Source of the DNA: Bdellovibrionales bacterium
Lineage (GTDB): Bacteria; Bdellovibrionota; Bdellovibrionia; Bdellovibrionales; JAUICD01
Direction of reading: 5' to 3'
Length of the DNA stretch: 64,000 nucleotides
Assembly: GCA_965262715.1 (NCBI GenBank)
Contig: OZ253553.1
Span: 1,344,001 to 1,408,000 of the forward strand
Shown here piece after piece: positions 21,025 through 31,478 of this stretch; position 1 is the first letter of the stretch, and the number at the start of each line of letters is the position of its first letter. The notes below the pieces were generated by a model. The model had not been told where the DNA came from. It did no database searches and was given only the letters and a program-made list of their open reading frames with translations. The position numbers were made by a program, and so were the translations under genes.

Positions 21025-22221
21025 TCAAAATAAAAATCGGATGGAAGGGTACTTAACTTTAGATATATTTTTTGTTAAATGCTTAATTAACTTTAATCCA
21101 TCCTCAACATTTTTTTCATTACAAGATTCAAAGCCATGAGCTAAAACAGATTGATGTCTCATATTGTTAAAAGATTGAAATTCTCTTTTATATTTTATGT
21201 AAATTTGGCCTTCTTTTACTCCTGTTTCATGTAATATCTCATAAGTATCATTTAGAGAAAGACTTACTGTATTACGCAATCTACCTTTAATCTTATTATA
21301 AACATCTGTACTCTTAATGCACTCAAGTTTTCTAAGTAGGACATTGGATGTCTTACAATCAAACCTTTTTTGAAAAGCAATTTGTCCAATATATTCGATA
21401 CTTCTATAAATCCTTAAAACAGCTTCATCATATTCTCCTTGTTCTTTTTTTCTTTGAGCAGCAAGCACAAGATCATTGACTTTATAGCCAGGATTATCAT
21501 CTTTGCACTTTTTCAAATGATTCTCAAAATTTTCTGGAATATCTACTTGAAAGAGTAAATGCAAAAGATTTGCTGTCTCTTTTTGATATTTTTTAATTTC
21601 TGCATAGCTTTGATGATAGTTCATAGAATCCCAAAGATGTAAGGCATTTGCAAGATTTTTGATTTGTCCCAACTCTTTTATATTCTGATGAGAGGAGTTG
21701 TTTTTAGGTATTTCATTATCGAGAATATGAAAGACGAGTTTGTATTGACCTATATTAAATAACTGCTCAACCCTTCTTGCGATGTTAAAAGAATACAAGT
21801 TTGCTGGGTCAATCTTTTGAATAAGTTTTTCATATCCAGGCTTAACTGTTCCTATACCTTCTTTTTGTCTTTCATCGCCTCCAATATAAAGGTATTCTTT
21901 AATATCTTTTCCAAAAAAAGACAGAGCTAATCCAACACTCATACTCTTTGTGCCTCCAGTATAATCTACATAAACTTCCCCTTCTATAAGATAGCGTTTG
22001 GCTTCGTAGCCTACTTGGAAAACTTCATGTAAATCCTCAGAGTTTGTTAAGATAATGATCTTGTCTTTATATTGCTGATCACTTGTAAATTCTCTAACTG
22101 CTTTTATCGTACTTGATGTTTCTTGACTGGCAATAAAAATCACTTTATGAGGCTTAATCATTTCAATAGATTTAACCAAAGGATCAGGTGTTCCACCAAC
22201 TGATAAGATAAGATTTTTCAT
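21025..22221 (-). CDS. CARF-HEPN accessory effector (TIGR02710/Csm6-like)
   Basis: LILSVGGTPDP and VDYTGGTKSMS CARF motifs; C-terminal RHQSVLAHG HEPN-like motif. Confidence 0.88.
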   Translation of the reverse strand: MKNLILSVGGTPDPLVKSIEMIKPHKVIFIASQETSSTIKAVREFTSDQQYKDKIIILTNSEDLHEVFQVGYEAKRYLIEGEVYVDYTGGTKSMSVGLALSFFGKDIKEYLYIGGDERQKEGIGTVKPGYEKLIQKIDPANLYSFNIARRVEQLFNIGQYKLVFHILDNEIPKNNSSHQNIKELGQIKNLANALHLWDSMNYHQSYAEIKKYQKETANLLHLLFQVDIPENFENHLKKCKDDNPGYKVNDLVLAAQRKKEQGEYDEAVLRIYRSIEYIGQIAFQKRFDCKTSNVLLRKLECIKSTDVYNKIKGRLRNTVSLSLNDTYEILHETGVKEGQIYIKYKREFQSFNNMRHQSVLAHGFESCNEKNVEDGLKLIKHLTKNISKVKYPSIRFLF

Positions 22222-22415
22222 TTAAAAAGTGATCCTTTACGTTTTTAGTGATAGAAATACTTTAAATTTTCTTTTAAGTTTCATTGATTCATCGGTTTAT
22301 TTTTATAAGATGTTAAAAAACTTTGAATTTAAAACTTCGTTTGTGAAAGATTCTGAAAAAGAAAGCTTTATATCTAACTATATCAAAGCACATCTAAATA
22401 AATAACTTTATACTT

Positions 22416-22913
22416 TTGACCAAAGGCTGTCTTGATTATCTAAAAAATACCGAAAGTTATGTTGAAAAAAACGAAAATGAAAGTGGCAGAAGTAAGTGGA
22501 AAATCACTAAAAAAAGTCTTAAGTTTTTATCAAAACAAGTTGAAACAAAAAAAGAAAGAGGGAGAATAATGAGAAATCCTTTAAATGGTTTTTTAAAAGA
22601 AGATACTGAAAAACAAAATAAAATCATAGAAGAATATATGCATACTTTTGAAGACAGCAATATGGCTAGCGATTATAAGTCCTATATCAATCACTTTCTG
22701 GCAGAAGCAGGACAAGAGAGAAGAGTTTGGCATCAAGACCATATTATTAACTGCACAAGAAAAAGTAACCAGTCACCAAGTGACGCAGTAATAAAAAGAT
22801 ATAGAGAAGATATAGAGGACTTTGTCTTATTTTACGATTCTTATAAAGAACCTTCTAATAAGATAAAAAAACATGCTTTTAAAAGAGTAAAGCAGGAACG
22901 CAAGTATTTTTAA
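22416..22913 (+). pseudogene. 5'-deleted, fused copy of the 25370-26037 two-gene operon
   Basis: Highly similar to 25530-26037; first 53 codons of the wHTH gene missing; a +1 nt insertion fuses the two ORFs. Confidence 0.75.
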
Positions 22914-23577
22914 AAAGCTATGTAAGAAGCAGTCTCAAAAATATTATTACCTTATACAAATCAATACACTTTGCAAAAGCATCAAATTTTTAAACTTTTT
23001 AAGCCTTAAGTTGCTTCGCAATTTTAACTACTGATTTTTTAACCTCATTCAGATTTCCCTTTTTTAAAAGATAAATTAAAGTTAGACTCTAACTGTAGCT
23101 CTAAAATAAGGAGTTACACAAAATATTACAAGCTCCTCATCTTATTGTATATGTATCACTTAAACTAAATAATCTCAATATGTTAGAAGATTTTTTCTGA
23201 TAAGGTCACGGTCTTGATCTTATTTTATAGTAAAATAAGCCTGTTTTCCTATCTATACAAGAAATATCAAAATGAATATCTACAAAACAACATAATGTTG
23301 TTGTATAAAGATTTAAGGATAAGATTTGTGGCAAGCTTCTGAAGCAAGTCTAGGCCAGTGCCTCAGAAAACATATCTCGTATAAAATCTTTATTTTATAA
23401 TAAAATCACAAAATAAAAGAAATAGAAAGTGTGGGGGTTGCCTGTTACTTGCTTCAAAAAGCCTTTCACAAACCTCTTAGCACATCTCAAACACAGATCT
23501 GATCTTAGCTTGTGTCATATTCCAAACATGTTTGAATGCAAAACAAAAGCTTGCTATATCGCGTGTATCTTAAAAAA

Positions 23578-23754
23578 CTACTTTCTAAGCTTTTGAAGCT
23601 GCTGGATTGAGAGATTTGTTATCTGAGCAATAAGTTGCAACTCCATATTTTGCTCTAACATTCGCAAAGCGACTTCTGCCCTTTCTTTCTCTATCCCTTT
23701 TTCTATTCCTTTTTCTATCCCTTCATCAATCAATAGATCATAAGTACTTTTCAT
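23578..23754 (-). CDS. Putative RpnS-like small intragenic protein (58 aa)
   Basis: TAAGGAGG 8 nt upstream of ATG 23754; MKSTYDLLIDEGIEKGIEKG...QKLRK. Confidence 0.6.
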   Translation of the reverse strand: MKSTYDLLIDEGIEKGIEKGIEKERAEVALRMLEQNMELQLIAQITNLSIQQLQKLRK

Positions 23755-24245
23755 CAGTTGATCCTCCTTAATTCTAGTAACTTCATTTTCAATCTTTAAA
23801 AATTCCTCTTTTGGGTAATTTGTAGCTTGAAGCATATATCTTCTTAAAATGTCAACATTCTCTTGATAGTTTAGGTCCTTACCATCTTGCCAGCACATCT
23901 CAAACACAGATCTAATCTTAGTTTGTGTCATATTCCAAACATGTTTGAATGCAAAACAAAAGCTTGCTATATCACCAGCTTTATCTTTGATATCTTCGTC
24001 AGACATCTGATTTAAATCTACCACATTTAGCTCAAAATTGAAACTATTAGCACCAAAAATCTCCTTTAACCCTTCTGACCAACCAAAAGCAGACTGTAAA
24101 TCAGAAGACATATTTAAAGGTCTTCTGCCGTGAATTAATAAAATAGTTACAATAGGATAGATATGACTTTCTAAAAGAGCTACATTGTATTTTAAGGCTT
24201 GTAGAAAAATCTTCTTTTGTGGCTCAATATGACTCTTATGCTCAA

Positions 24246-24395
24246 TTGTTTCACTAAAAATAAACTGATCTCTGATCACTTTTGGGCAATCAGCCTGAAG
24301 GTTTGTACCTTCAAGAAAATGCTGACGGCCTCAAAAGCATGTTTATTTTTAGTAAGGAGGATCTCTTTGTTTTTTGACATAATGTTAAGGAAACT
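24246..24395 (+). repeat. PE1 copy inside the rpn gene (no 14-bp units)
   Basis: actaaaaataaac...gtttatttttagt; ggcaatcagc...gctgacggcc; tgaagg-tttgta-ccttca. Confidence 0.85.
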
Positions 24396-24626
24396 TTTTT
24401 AAGCTTTTTTTACTTATTTACAAACTAACAATAAACTCTATTTGATCTCCTGCAATGGCATTGAACTTTTTAGAACCTAATACAAATTTTAAAAGCTTTC
24501 TAAAGCGATCTTTATTTTTAAAAGCCAATTTAAATATTTTATCATGATCAATTTGAAAACCTGTATCTTTAGACATTATATCCCTCTCTTTTATGAATAA
24601 AAAATTAAGATGCAGTTATACTTTTA

Positions 24627-24738
24627 GCAAAAACAATGCCAACTTTTTATTGGTTAAAAAGTAGTTTTAAAAGACTTTGAAGGAATTATAAGAAATATTT
24701 GTCCTAAGAGTTGGACATTAATGCTTAAAATCCGGACA
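24627..24738 (-). promoter_or_regulatory. Sigma54 promoter with tandem upstream activator sites, upstream of rpn
   Basis: TGGCAT-TGTTT-TTGC on - (24641-24627); TGTCC-N8-GGACA at 24700-24717; second site at 24721-24738. Confidence 0.7.
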
Positions 24739-25369
24739 TGAAAGTTTGTTTATTCTTAGCAAAAAGAAAACCGTTTTATTCAAATATATTTACCTGACTT
24801 CGTGATTAAAAATATACACTACATTGATTCTTTTTGCTAGGGTTTGACATTTATCTTAGAAAGTTCTTATATTTTAATAAATTACGCTATTCTTTTAGAA
24901 AATATATTTTTTGAAAAAAAGTTTGTTTTATGTTTGTAGTGTATAAGATATACACTATGAGCTTTATAAGAAAGATTAAAAAGGGAAAAACATAAATTTG
25001 TTAAAACTGTTGTATTGACAAAACATCAAGAGAAAATCTTGAAAACAATAGACCCTAAATTAATTTTAGATGTGTAGTGTATACTTATGACCACAAAGTC
25101 AGGATATTTAGTCTTTCGAGGTAATCTCTTGGATTATTCACTTAGACTAGATCAGATGCCTACTATGACCCTCATACATGTTTGTGCAACAAAGCCACTC
25201 TTAATTAAAAGCCTTAAAAAAAATAAGATTATTTCCTAGAAATTGTCCGATAAAATAAATAGCTTTATACTTTTGACCAAAGGCTATAAGAAACTGTTTT
25301 AAAAAGACATGTAAATGATATGTTAATCACTTACATGCTTTTTTACTTATTAAAAAAAGGGATGCAATC

Positions 25370-25681
25370 ATGGAAGTAAAAGAAATGAACAAAATTCTTA
25401 CTCATAAGGGACTGGAATTCATACATCTTTCTATCCTTTGTTTTTTAGAAAACCGTTCTACAGAATGGACTCGTCAATCAGAAATATCAACAGGCATAGG
25501 CCTAGATCAATATGAACATAAAAATTGGATGACCAAAGGCTGTCTTGATTATCTAAAAAATACCGAAGGTTATGTTGAAAAAAACAAAGATGAAAGTAGC
25601 AGCAGTAATTGGAAAATCACTGAAAAAGGTCTTAAGTTTTTATCAAAACAAGTTGAAACAAAAAAAGAAAGGGGAGAATAA
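25370..25681 (+). CDS. Small winged-HTH-like protein
   Basis: Helix-turn-helix-like core (RQSEISTGIGL) and wing motif WKITEKGLKFL. Confidence 0.55.
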   Translation: MEVKEMNKILTHKGLEFIHLSILCFLENRSTEWTRQSEISTGIGLDQYEHKNWMTKGCLDYLKNTEGYVEKNKDESSSSNWKITEKGLKFLSKQVETKKERGE

Positions 25682-26037
25682 TGAGAAATCCTTTAAATGG
25701 TTTTTTAGAAGAAGATACTGAAAAACAAAATAAAATCATAGAAGAATATATGCGTACTTTTAAAGACAGCAATATGGCTAGCGATTATAAGTCCTATATC
25801 AATCACTTTCTGACAGAAGCAGGACAAGAGAGAAGAGTTTCGCATCAAGACCATATTGAGTGTAAAAAGTCCAAAAAGAATACGCCACCAAGTGATGCAG
25901 TAATAAAAAGATATAGTGAGGATATAGAGGACTTTGTCTTATTTTACGATTCTTATAAAGAACCTTCTAATGAGATAAAAAAACATGCTTTTAAAAGAGT
26001 AAAGCAGGAACGCAGGTATTTTAAAAAAGCTATGTAA
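25681..26037 (+). CDS. Hypothetical protein, translationally coupled to the wHTH gene
   Basis: TAATG overlap, GGAG RBS; second copy at 22569-22913. Confidence 0.65.
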   Translation: MRNPLNGFLEEDTEKQNKIIEEYMRTFKDSNMASDYKSYINHFLTEAGQERRVSHQDHIECKKSKKNTPPSDAVIKRYSEDIEDFVLFYDSYKEPSNEIKKHAFKRVKQERRYFKKAM

Positions 26038-26467
26038 GAAGCAGTCTCAAAAATATTATTACCTTATACAAATCAATACACTTTGCAAAAGTATCAAATT
26101 TTTAAACTTTTTAAGCCTTAAGTTGTTTCGCAATTTTAACTACTGATTTTTTGACCTCATTCAGATTTCCCTTTTTTAAAAGATAAATTAAAGTTAGGCT
26201 TTAACTGTAGCTCTAAAATAAGGAGTTACACAAAATATTACAAGCTCCTCATCTTATTGTACATGTATCACTTAAACTAAATAATTTCAATATGTTAGAA
26301 GATTTTTTCCGATAAGGTCACGGTCTTGATCTTATTTTATAGTAAGATAAGCCTGTTTTTCTATCTATACAAGAAATATCAAAATGAATATCTATGTAAC
26401 AATACTATAAAATATTCAATTTGAAAAAGCGGTCTATTGGGTAGGTATTTATGCTGTAAAGCTCAAA

Positions 26468-26537
26468 GATAAAAGATAAAAGATAAAAGATAAAAGATAA
26501 AAGATAAAAGATAAAAGATAAAAGATAAAAGATAAAA
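26468..26537 (+). repeat. Heptanucleotide microsatellite (GATAAAA)x10
   Basis: Direct count. Confidence 0.95.
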
Positions 26538-26582
26538 GTTTTATGGTTTGTAAGTTCAATTGCAAGTGCAATCTTTTTGGAT

Positions 26583-26921
26583 TCATAAATGCTTTTTCTT
26601 TTGAGACAGAAATTTTAAATACTCCGATGCTGGGAGTAGAAGGCTAATGTCTTTTTTTTGAAAGCTTTCTTTTTTTAATTGATTGTGTAAAATAATGGTC
26701 CAATGTTTAGGATGAGCTCCAAGTTGTTTAGCTGCTTTTTTGGTAAATTCAATAGAAGGAATAAGACGCTCATTTTCAATAGCACTTAATTCTCTTTTAT
26801 GAATTCCAAGTTTTTTGGCCATGACATCTTGTTTTATTTTTTCAGATATTCTTATAGATTTTAACACATTGCCTATCGTTAAAAAACCATATTTTTTTTG
26901 TAGCTCGTCAGATGCTGTCAT
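26583..26921 (-). CDS. XRE-family HTH antitoxin (HigA-like)
   Basis: IKQDVMAKKLGIHKRELSAIENE HTH; directly downstream of a RelE-like toxin; start at MTASD with AGGAG RBS. Confidence 0.8.
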   Translation of the reverse strand: MTASDELQKKYGFLTIGNVLKSIRISEKIKQDVMAKKLGIHKRELSAIENERLIPSIEFTKKAAKQLGAHPKHWTIILHNQLKKESFQKKDISLLLPASEYLKFLSQKKKHL

Positions 26922-26922
26922 T

Positions 26923-27213
26923 TTATTTTCTCCTATAATCATGCTTTGCAACTCTATCCACTTCTACTTGAATAAGACTTGTCTCACTATTTTTAGAAAT
27001 TTCATAAATAATTCTATAGTCTCGCCCTAAACAAGCAGATCTCTTACCAATCCACACTCCCTTTAAAGCATGATCTCTATACAATCTTAATCTTTTAGTT
27101 TCTATCCAGCCAACATTTTCAATAGAACTCACCCATTCAATAAATCGTTTCCTAATATGCTGGGGCAATCTGTCTATTTGCTTTCTTACTCTTGAATAAC
27201 CAACCTTATCCAT
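26923..27213 (-). CDS. RelE/YafQ-superfamily toxin (HigB-like, toxin-first order)
   Basis: DHALKGVWIGKRSACLGRDYRIIY...HDY. Confidence 0.85.
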   Translation of the reverse strand: MDKVGYSRVRKQIDRLPQHIRKRFIEWVSSIENVGWIETKRLRLYRDHALKGVWIGKRSACLGRDYRIIYEISKNSETSLIQVEVDRVAKHDYRRK

Positions 27214-27510
27214 AGTTTATCATACAATGACCTATTATTGAAACTTAAAAATGATCAAAAATCTGAGTTTTTTAGCTCTATTAACTCTTTACAGTTGCCT
27301 TAACTTATAACATATTCCAATCTTTTTCAAAGGATTTTTTGCCTATGCTCACTATTTCTTAAGCCTCTTCTTTGGAAAAGTTATTCTTTTTAAAAGCTCC
27401 CTAAAGCCTATTTTTCAAGAACATGGAATCGCTGCTGATTTTTTGATCTGTAACCAATCTCCAAAAGAAATATTAAAATGAATATCTATGTAACAATACT
27501 ATAAAGAATA

Positions 27511-30500
27511 TCAGATTTGGAAAAGAGGTCTATCTGTATACTCCCTTCTAGGAGCAAAACCTCTACGCATAGTATTTTCCGTTAAAGCAATAGGTTCTAA
27601 AAATTGCAAGAGATAATCAGGCCCACCTGTTTTGCTTCCAACACCAGATTGCTTCAAACCCCCGAAAGGATGACGGTTCACTACGGCTCCTGTAATAGCT
27701 CTATTGATATAAAGATTACCTACCTCTAAATGCTGTTTTACATATTCGATATTTTTAGGACTTCTAGAGTAAATACCTCCTGTTAATCCATAACGTGTTC
27801 CATTAGCAATCTTTACAGCATCAGTCAGATCCTTTGCTTTGATAACAGCAAGTACAGGACCAAAAACTTCATTCTGCGCTAAAAAAGAATCCGGCTTAAC
27901 ATCAGTAAACACTGTCGGTGGTACAAAATAACCACTATGATCATCTTCTGATGCTCGTATTAAATCTTTCATATCTGCTTGATAAGCAGGAGGACTGGGT
28001 GCTTTTTGAATCATTTGATGAATACGCTCAAAAGCTTCCTTATCAATAACAGGACCTAAATAGGCATCAGGATCATCTGCAGGTTTTTGAGAAATATCTT
28101 TTATCCCTTCTATAAGACGTGAAACAAATTTATCATAAATTGAATCAACAACGATAACACGACTACAAGCAGAACATTTTTGTCCTGCAAATCCAAAAGC
28201 AGAATAAATCACTCCAGCAATTGTCTCATCCCAATCAGCACTGTTATCTACAATAATTGCATTTTTACCACCCATTTCTATAATAGATCTTTTAACAGCA
28301 TATTGATCATCAAAGGTATGAGCCGTTTTTTTCACAATACCTAGTCCCACATCCCTTGATCCTGTAAAAGCAATCAAATTAACATCTTTATGACAAACCA
28401 AGTAATCACCAATCTCTTCACCATAACCAGGAAGAAAATTCACAACTCCCTTAGGAAATCCTACCTCTTGAATCATTTTCATCAGTATAGCCGCGACAAT
28501 GGAACTTTGCTCTGCTGGCTTCATAACAACAGTGTTACCTGTCACCACAGCTGCACTGACCATGCCTGTTAAAATAGCTAACGGAAAATTCCACGGAGAA
28601 ATAACAGCAACAACTCCCCTTGGATTGTATTTATAATGAGTGGTCTCCCCAGCAACTCCACCCACCCAATAGCCCTTATCTAACCTCTCCGCATGAATTG
28701 CATAGAAATTGCAAAAATCAATGGCCTCTGCAATATCCGCATCAGCTTCCTGCCAAGGCTTTCCCACTTCTAATACTTGCAAAGTAGCTAAATCATACCT
28801 ATTTTTTGAAATCAACAAGGCTAACTTTTTGACAAGATCAGATCTGTAAGATGCGCTCTTTGCCTTCCAATCAAAAAAAGTATTTCTAGCCTCTTTAATA
28901 GCCATTTCTGCTTCTTTTTGACCTGCAACATAAACCTCACCTAAAGTTTTTCCAGTAGAAGGATTGATGCTTAATAATTTTTTATCCGTTTTGATATTCT
29001 TGTTTCCAATCACAATTGGATAAGGATGTCTTTTTAGCTTTCTCTGACGATCTAAAGCCTCTTGAAACTTGATTCTATGAACCTCTAACGAAAAATCTAA
29101 TAAAGACTCATTCATAAAAGTAGTAGAATCTTGTTTGTCACTATTTTTTGATACCTGTGAAGATTCATCTTTTAAAGATTTGTCTTGAATGCTTTCTAAA
29201 GGATCTACAAGCAGATCTTTTGACAAATTTTGAGAGTCAAGTTGCATCAACTGTAAAAAAGATTCATTAGCAGAATTTTCCAATAATCTTCTTACAAGAT
29301 AAGCCATTCCTGGTATCAATTTTCCCACAGGAACATATTCCCTCATTCGCATCCCCATTTGCACCAATGCGCTTTTTAAGGGTTCTGCCATTCCAAATAA
29401 CATCTGAAACTCAATGTCAGATAAATTATTGTTTTGCGCATAAATAAGGCTTGAAGCAATCGAACGTATATTATGAGAACCAATAGCTATCTTGATATCC
29501 TGTTGATGATCTATCAGAAGTTTTACACAGCGTTCAAAGTTAATATCTGTTTCTCGCTTTTGTAAATAGACAGGGCAAGGCCACTTTTCTTGTTCTGCCA
29601 CAATCACCTCATAGTCCCAATACGCTCCTTTGACAACACGAATGGTAAAAGGCACACCTCGCCTTCGAGCAATCTTAATAAGCTGTGTAATATCTTCATA
29701 AGAGTCTCTAAGATAAGTCTGAGTAACTATACCAAAATGAGGATAATCTTTAAATTCAGGTTCCATCACCAGTTCTTTAAAAACCTCTAAAGTCAAATTT
29801 TTGATATGATAGTGTTCCACATCCATATTCACAAAAACATTTTTTTCCTTAGCTATTTGAAGAATACGTCTTAACCGCGCTTTTAAAATAGACTTTGTGT
29901 GCTCCCAAGCTGTTAGCTTGATCTGTGAATAAATAGCACTTAGTCGAACAGAAATATTCACTTTTGGATATGCCCTATCAATATCTATTTGCTGATCATA
30001 ATCCCAAGATTCAGAAGCTAAAGATAGCTGATGAATCAACTCAATACATCTATCTTGATAGTCTAAAGCTTCTTTTTCATTCAATGTTTCCTCACTTAAA
30101 AGATTGATAGAAAAAGTCATTTTTTTTAAACGAGATTTTGCCATCTGAGGCAAGATATTCTTCATTATCTCACCTGCAATAAAAGTCTTAGCAATTTGTG
30201 TGATGTTTTTACGTATCACTTTTGCCATAAGAAAAGGAGCAAATGATCCTACTCCAACTCCAAAATTAAAAATAGATGGCAAATTACCACCTTTTTCTAA
30301 AAGATACTCTTTAAAGTAACTTACCACTTCAGTGTCTGTGGTTAAAACAGGCAGTACATCAATAAAACGAAACATTTTGGTTTTAAAGCTCTCATTTTTC
30401 ATGCTCCACTGCATAATGCGATCATACCACCAGTCTTTATCTAAGACAGATGTACTTTGAGACTGCATCAACTTAAAAACTTCAGATCCTTTTTCTTCCA

Positions 30501-30534
30501 CTTGTTTTTGAAAATCCATATCACTTAACCTCAC
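27511..30534 (-). CDS. putA: Bifunctional proline dehydrogenase / glutamate-semialdehyde dehydrogenase PutA
   Basis: RVVKGAYWD, YLVRRLLEN, ISPWNFPLAI, EMGGKN and AGQKCSA motifs. Confidence 0.96.
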   Translation of the reverse strand: MRLSDMDFQKQVEEKGSEVFKLMQSQSTSVLDKDWWYDRIMQWSMKNESFKTKMFRFIDVLPVLTTDTEVVSYFKEYLLEKGGNLPSIFNFGVGVGSFAPFLMAKVIRKNITQIAKTFIAGEIMKNILPQMAKSRLKKMTFSINLLSEETLNEKEALDYQDRCIELIHQLSLASESWDYDQQIDIDRAYPKVNISVRLSAIYSQIKLTAWEHTKSILKARLRRILQIAKEKNVFVNMDVEHYHIKNLTLEVFKELVMEPEFKDYPHFGIVTQTYLRDSYEDITQLIKIARRRGVPFTIRVVKGAYWDYEVIVAEQEKWPCPVYLQKRETDINFERCVKLLIDHQQDIKIAIGSHNIRSIASSLIYAQNNNLSDIEFQMLFGMAEPLKSALVQMGMRMREYVPVGKLIPGMAYLVRRLLENSANESFLQLMQLDSQNLSKDLLVDPLESIQDKSLKDESSQVSKNSDKQDSTTFMNESLLDFSLEVHRIKFQEALDRQRKLKRHPYPIVIGNKNIKTDKKLLSINPSTGKTLGEVYVAGQKEAEMAIKEARNTFFDWKAKSASYRSDLVKKLALLISKNRYDLATLQVLEVGKPWQEADADIAEAIDFCNFYAIHAERLDKGYWVGGVAGETTHYKYNPRGVVAVISPWNFPLAILTGMVSAAVVTGNTVVMKPAEQSSIVAAILMKMIQEVGFPKGVVNFLPGYGEEIGDYLVCHKDVNLIAFTGSRDVGLGIVKKTAHTFDDQYAVKRSIIEMGGKNAIIVDNSADWDETIAGVIYSAFGFAGQKCSACSRVIVVDSIYDKFVSRLIEGIKDISQKPADDPDAYLGPVIDKEAFERIHQMIQKAPSPPAYQADMKDLIRASEDDHSGYFVPPTVFTDVKPDSFLAQNEVFGPVLAVIKAKDLTDAVKIANGTRYGLTGGIYSRSPKNIEYVKQHLEVGNLYINRAITGAVVNRHPFGGLKQSGVGSKTGGPDYLLQFLEPIALTENTMRRGFAPRREYTDRPLFQI

Positions 30535-31478
30535 AATATAAGATTTATTATCGACATTTTTTTAATACAAAACTATAAGATACACCAATAAACGTAACCT
30601 GTAAAATAATGATATAATAGAGTAGGTTTAAAAAAGCATCAATTTTCTTATATAATAACGTCAAATAGTCTTGCCCTACGAACATCAATCTTGACAGCCT
30701 CACTTATTAATAGATATCCCGCTTCGAATGGCAGTCGAAATCTTAATACATCTACTCCTAAAATGAAAAGAGACAAAAATAGCCTTGTTACGCAAGTATT
30801 GACTCTATTACATTAGCTGCAGATTTGTGAACTAGCTCTTATCCAGAGCATTATGAGATAAAGACTTTAAAGAAGTTTTTATTCTATAATCAATTGTAAA
30901 AATAATGGAAGTTCATTGCTCGAAGGTTGCCTGCTGCTAGTGAAAAAGCCTGCCAAAAGACACTACTAATCACATACAAATATTTGTGCAATAAAACCGA
31001 CAAAAACTATTATTCGATAATAAGTCGATCTCTATTAACTTTGAAAATTATTAAATTTAAATATTCAACTTTATTTTGATTCAATCGTCTGAACTCAACA
31101 TACACGGTAAGGTGTTGTTATTTAAATAATCCATTTCACATGACATAAGCAAATCTTATAGACTGTATATTTTTCAAAAATTGCAATTTTAGGTATTGAC
31201 TTTTATTTCTCTTCTAATTTAAGGTTTATAAATGAAACAGAATTTAATTGAAGGACAAAGACTTATGGTCACAAACTTTCTAATTAAAAATTCTAAACTC
31301 TCTAAGAAACGGTTCATGCACCGTTTTTCTTACTATTTTTATTTCTATTTTGGCTGTTAAGCAGCCAATACACATTTATCCCCTACAATTTATCTAATTT
31401 TAATCGTTGCTAATCTCTACTTAGACATTAGTAAAATTACAAACTTTTTAAAAACTTATTCTTATTAGGAGGTTTATC

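Larger units (their letters stand above)
23578..24576 (-). pseudogene. Rpn family (PD-(D/E)xK, transposase_31) gene interrupted by a stop and a PE1 insertion
   Basis: N-terminus MSKDTGFQIDHDKIFKLAF from ATG 24576; TAA at 24418-24420; PE1 at 24246-24395; same frame resumes at IEHKS...GIEKGIEKG. Confidence 0.85.
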
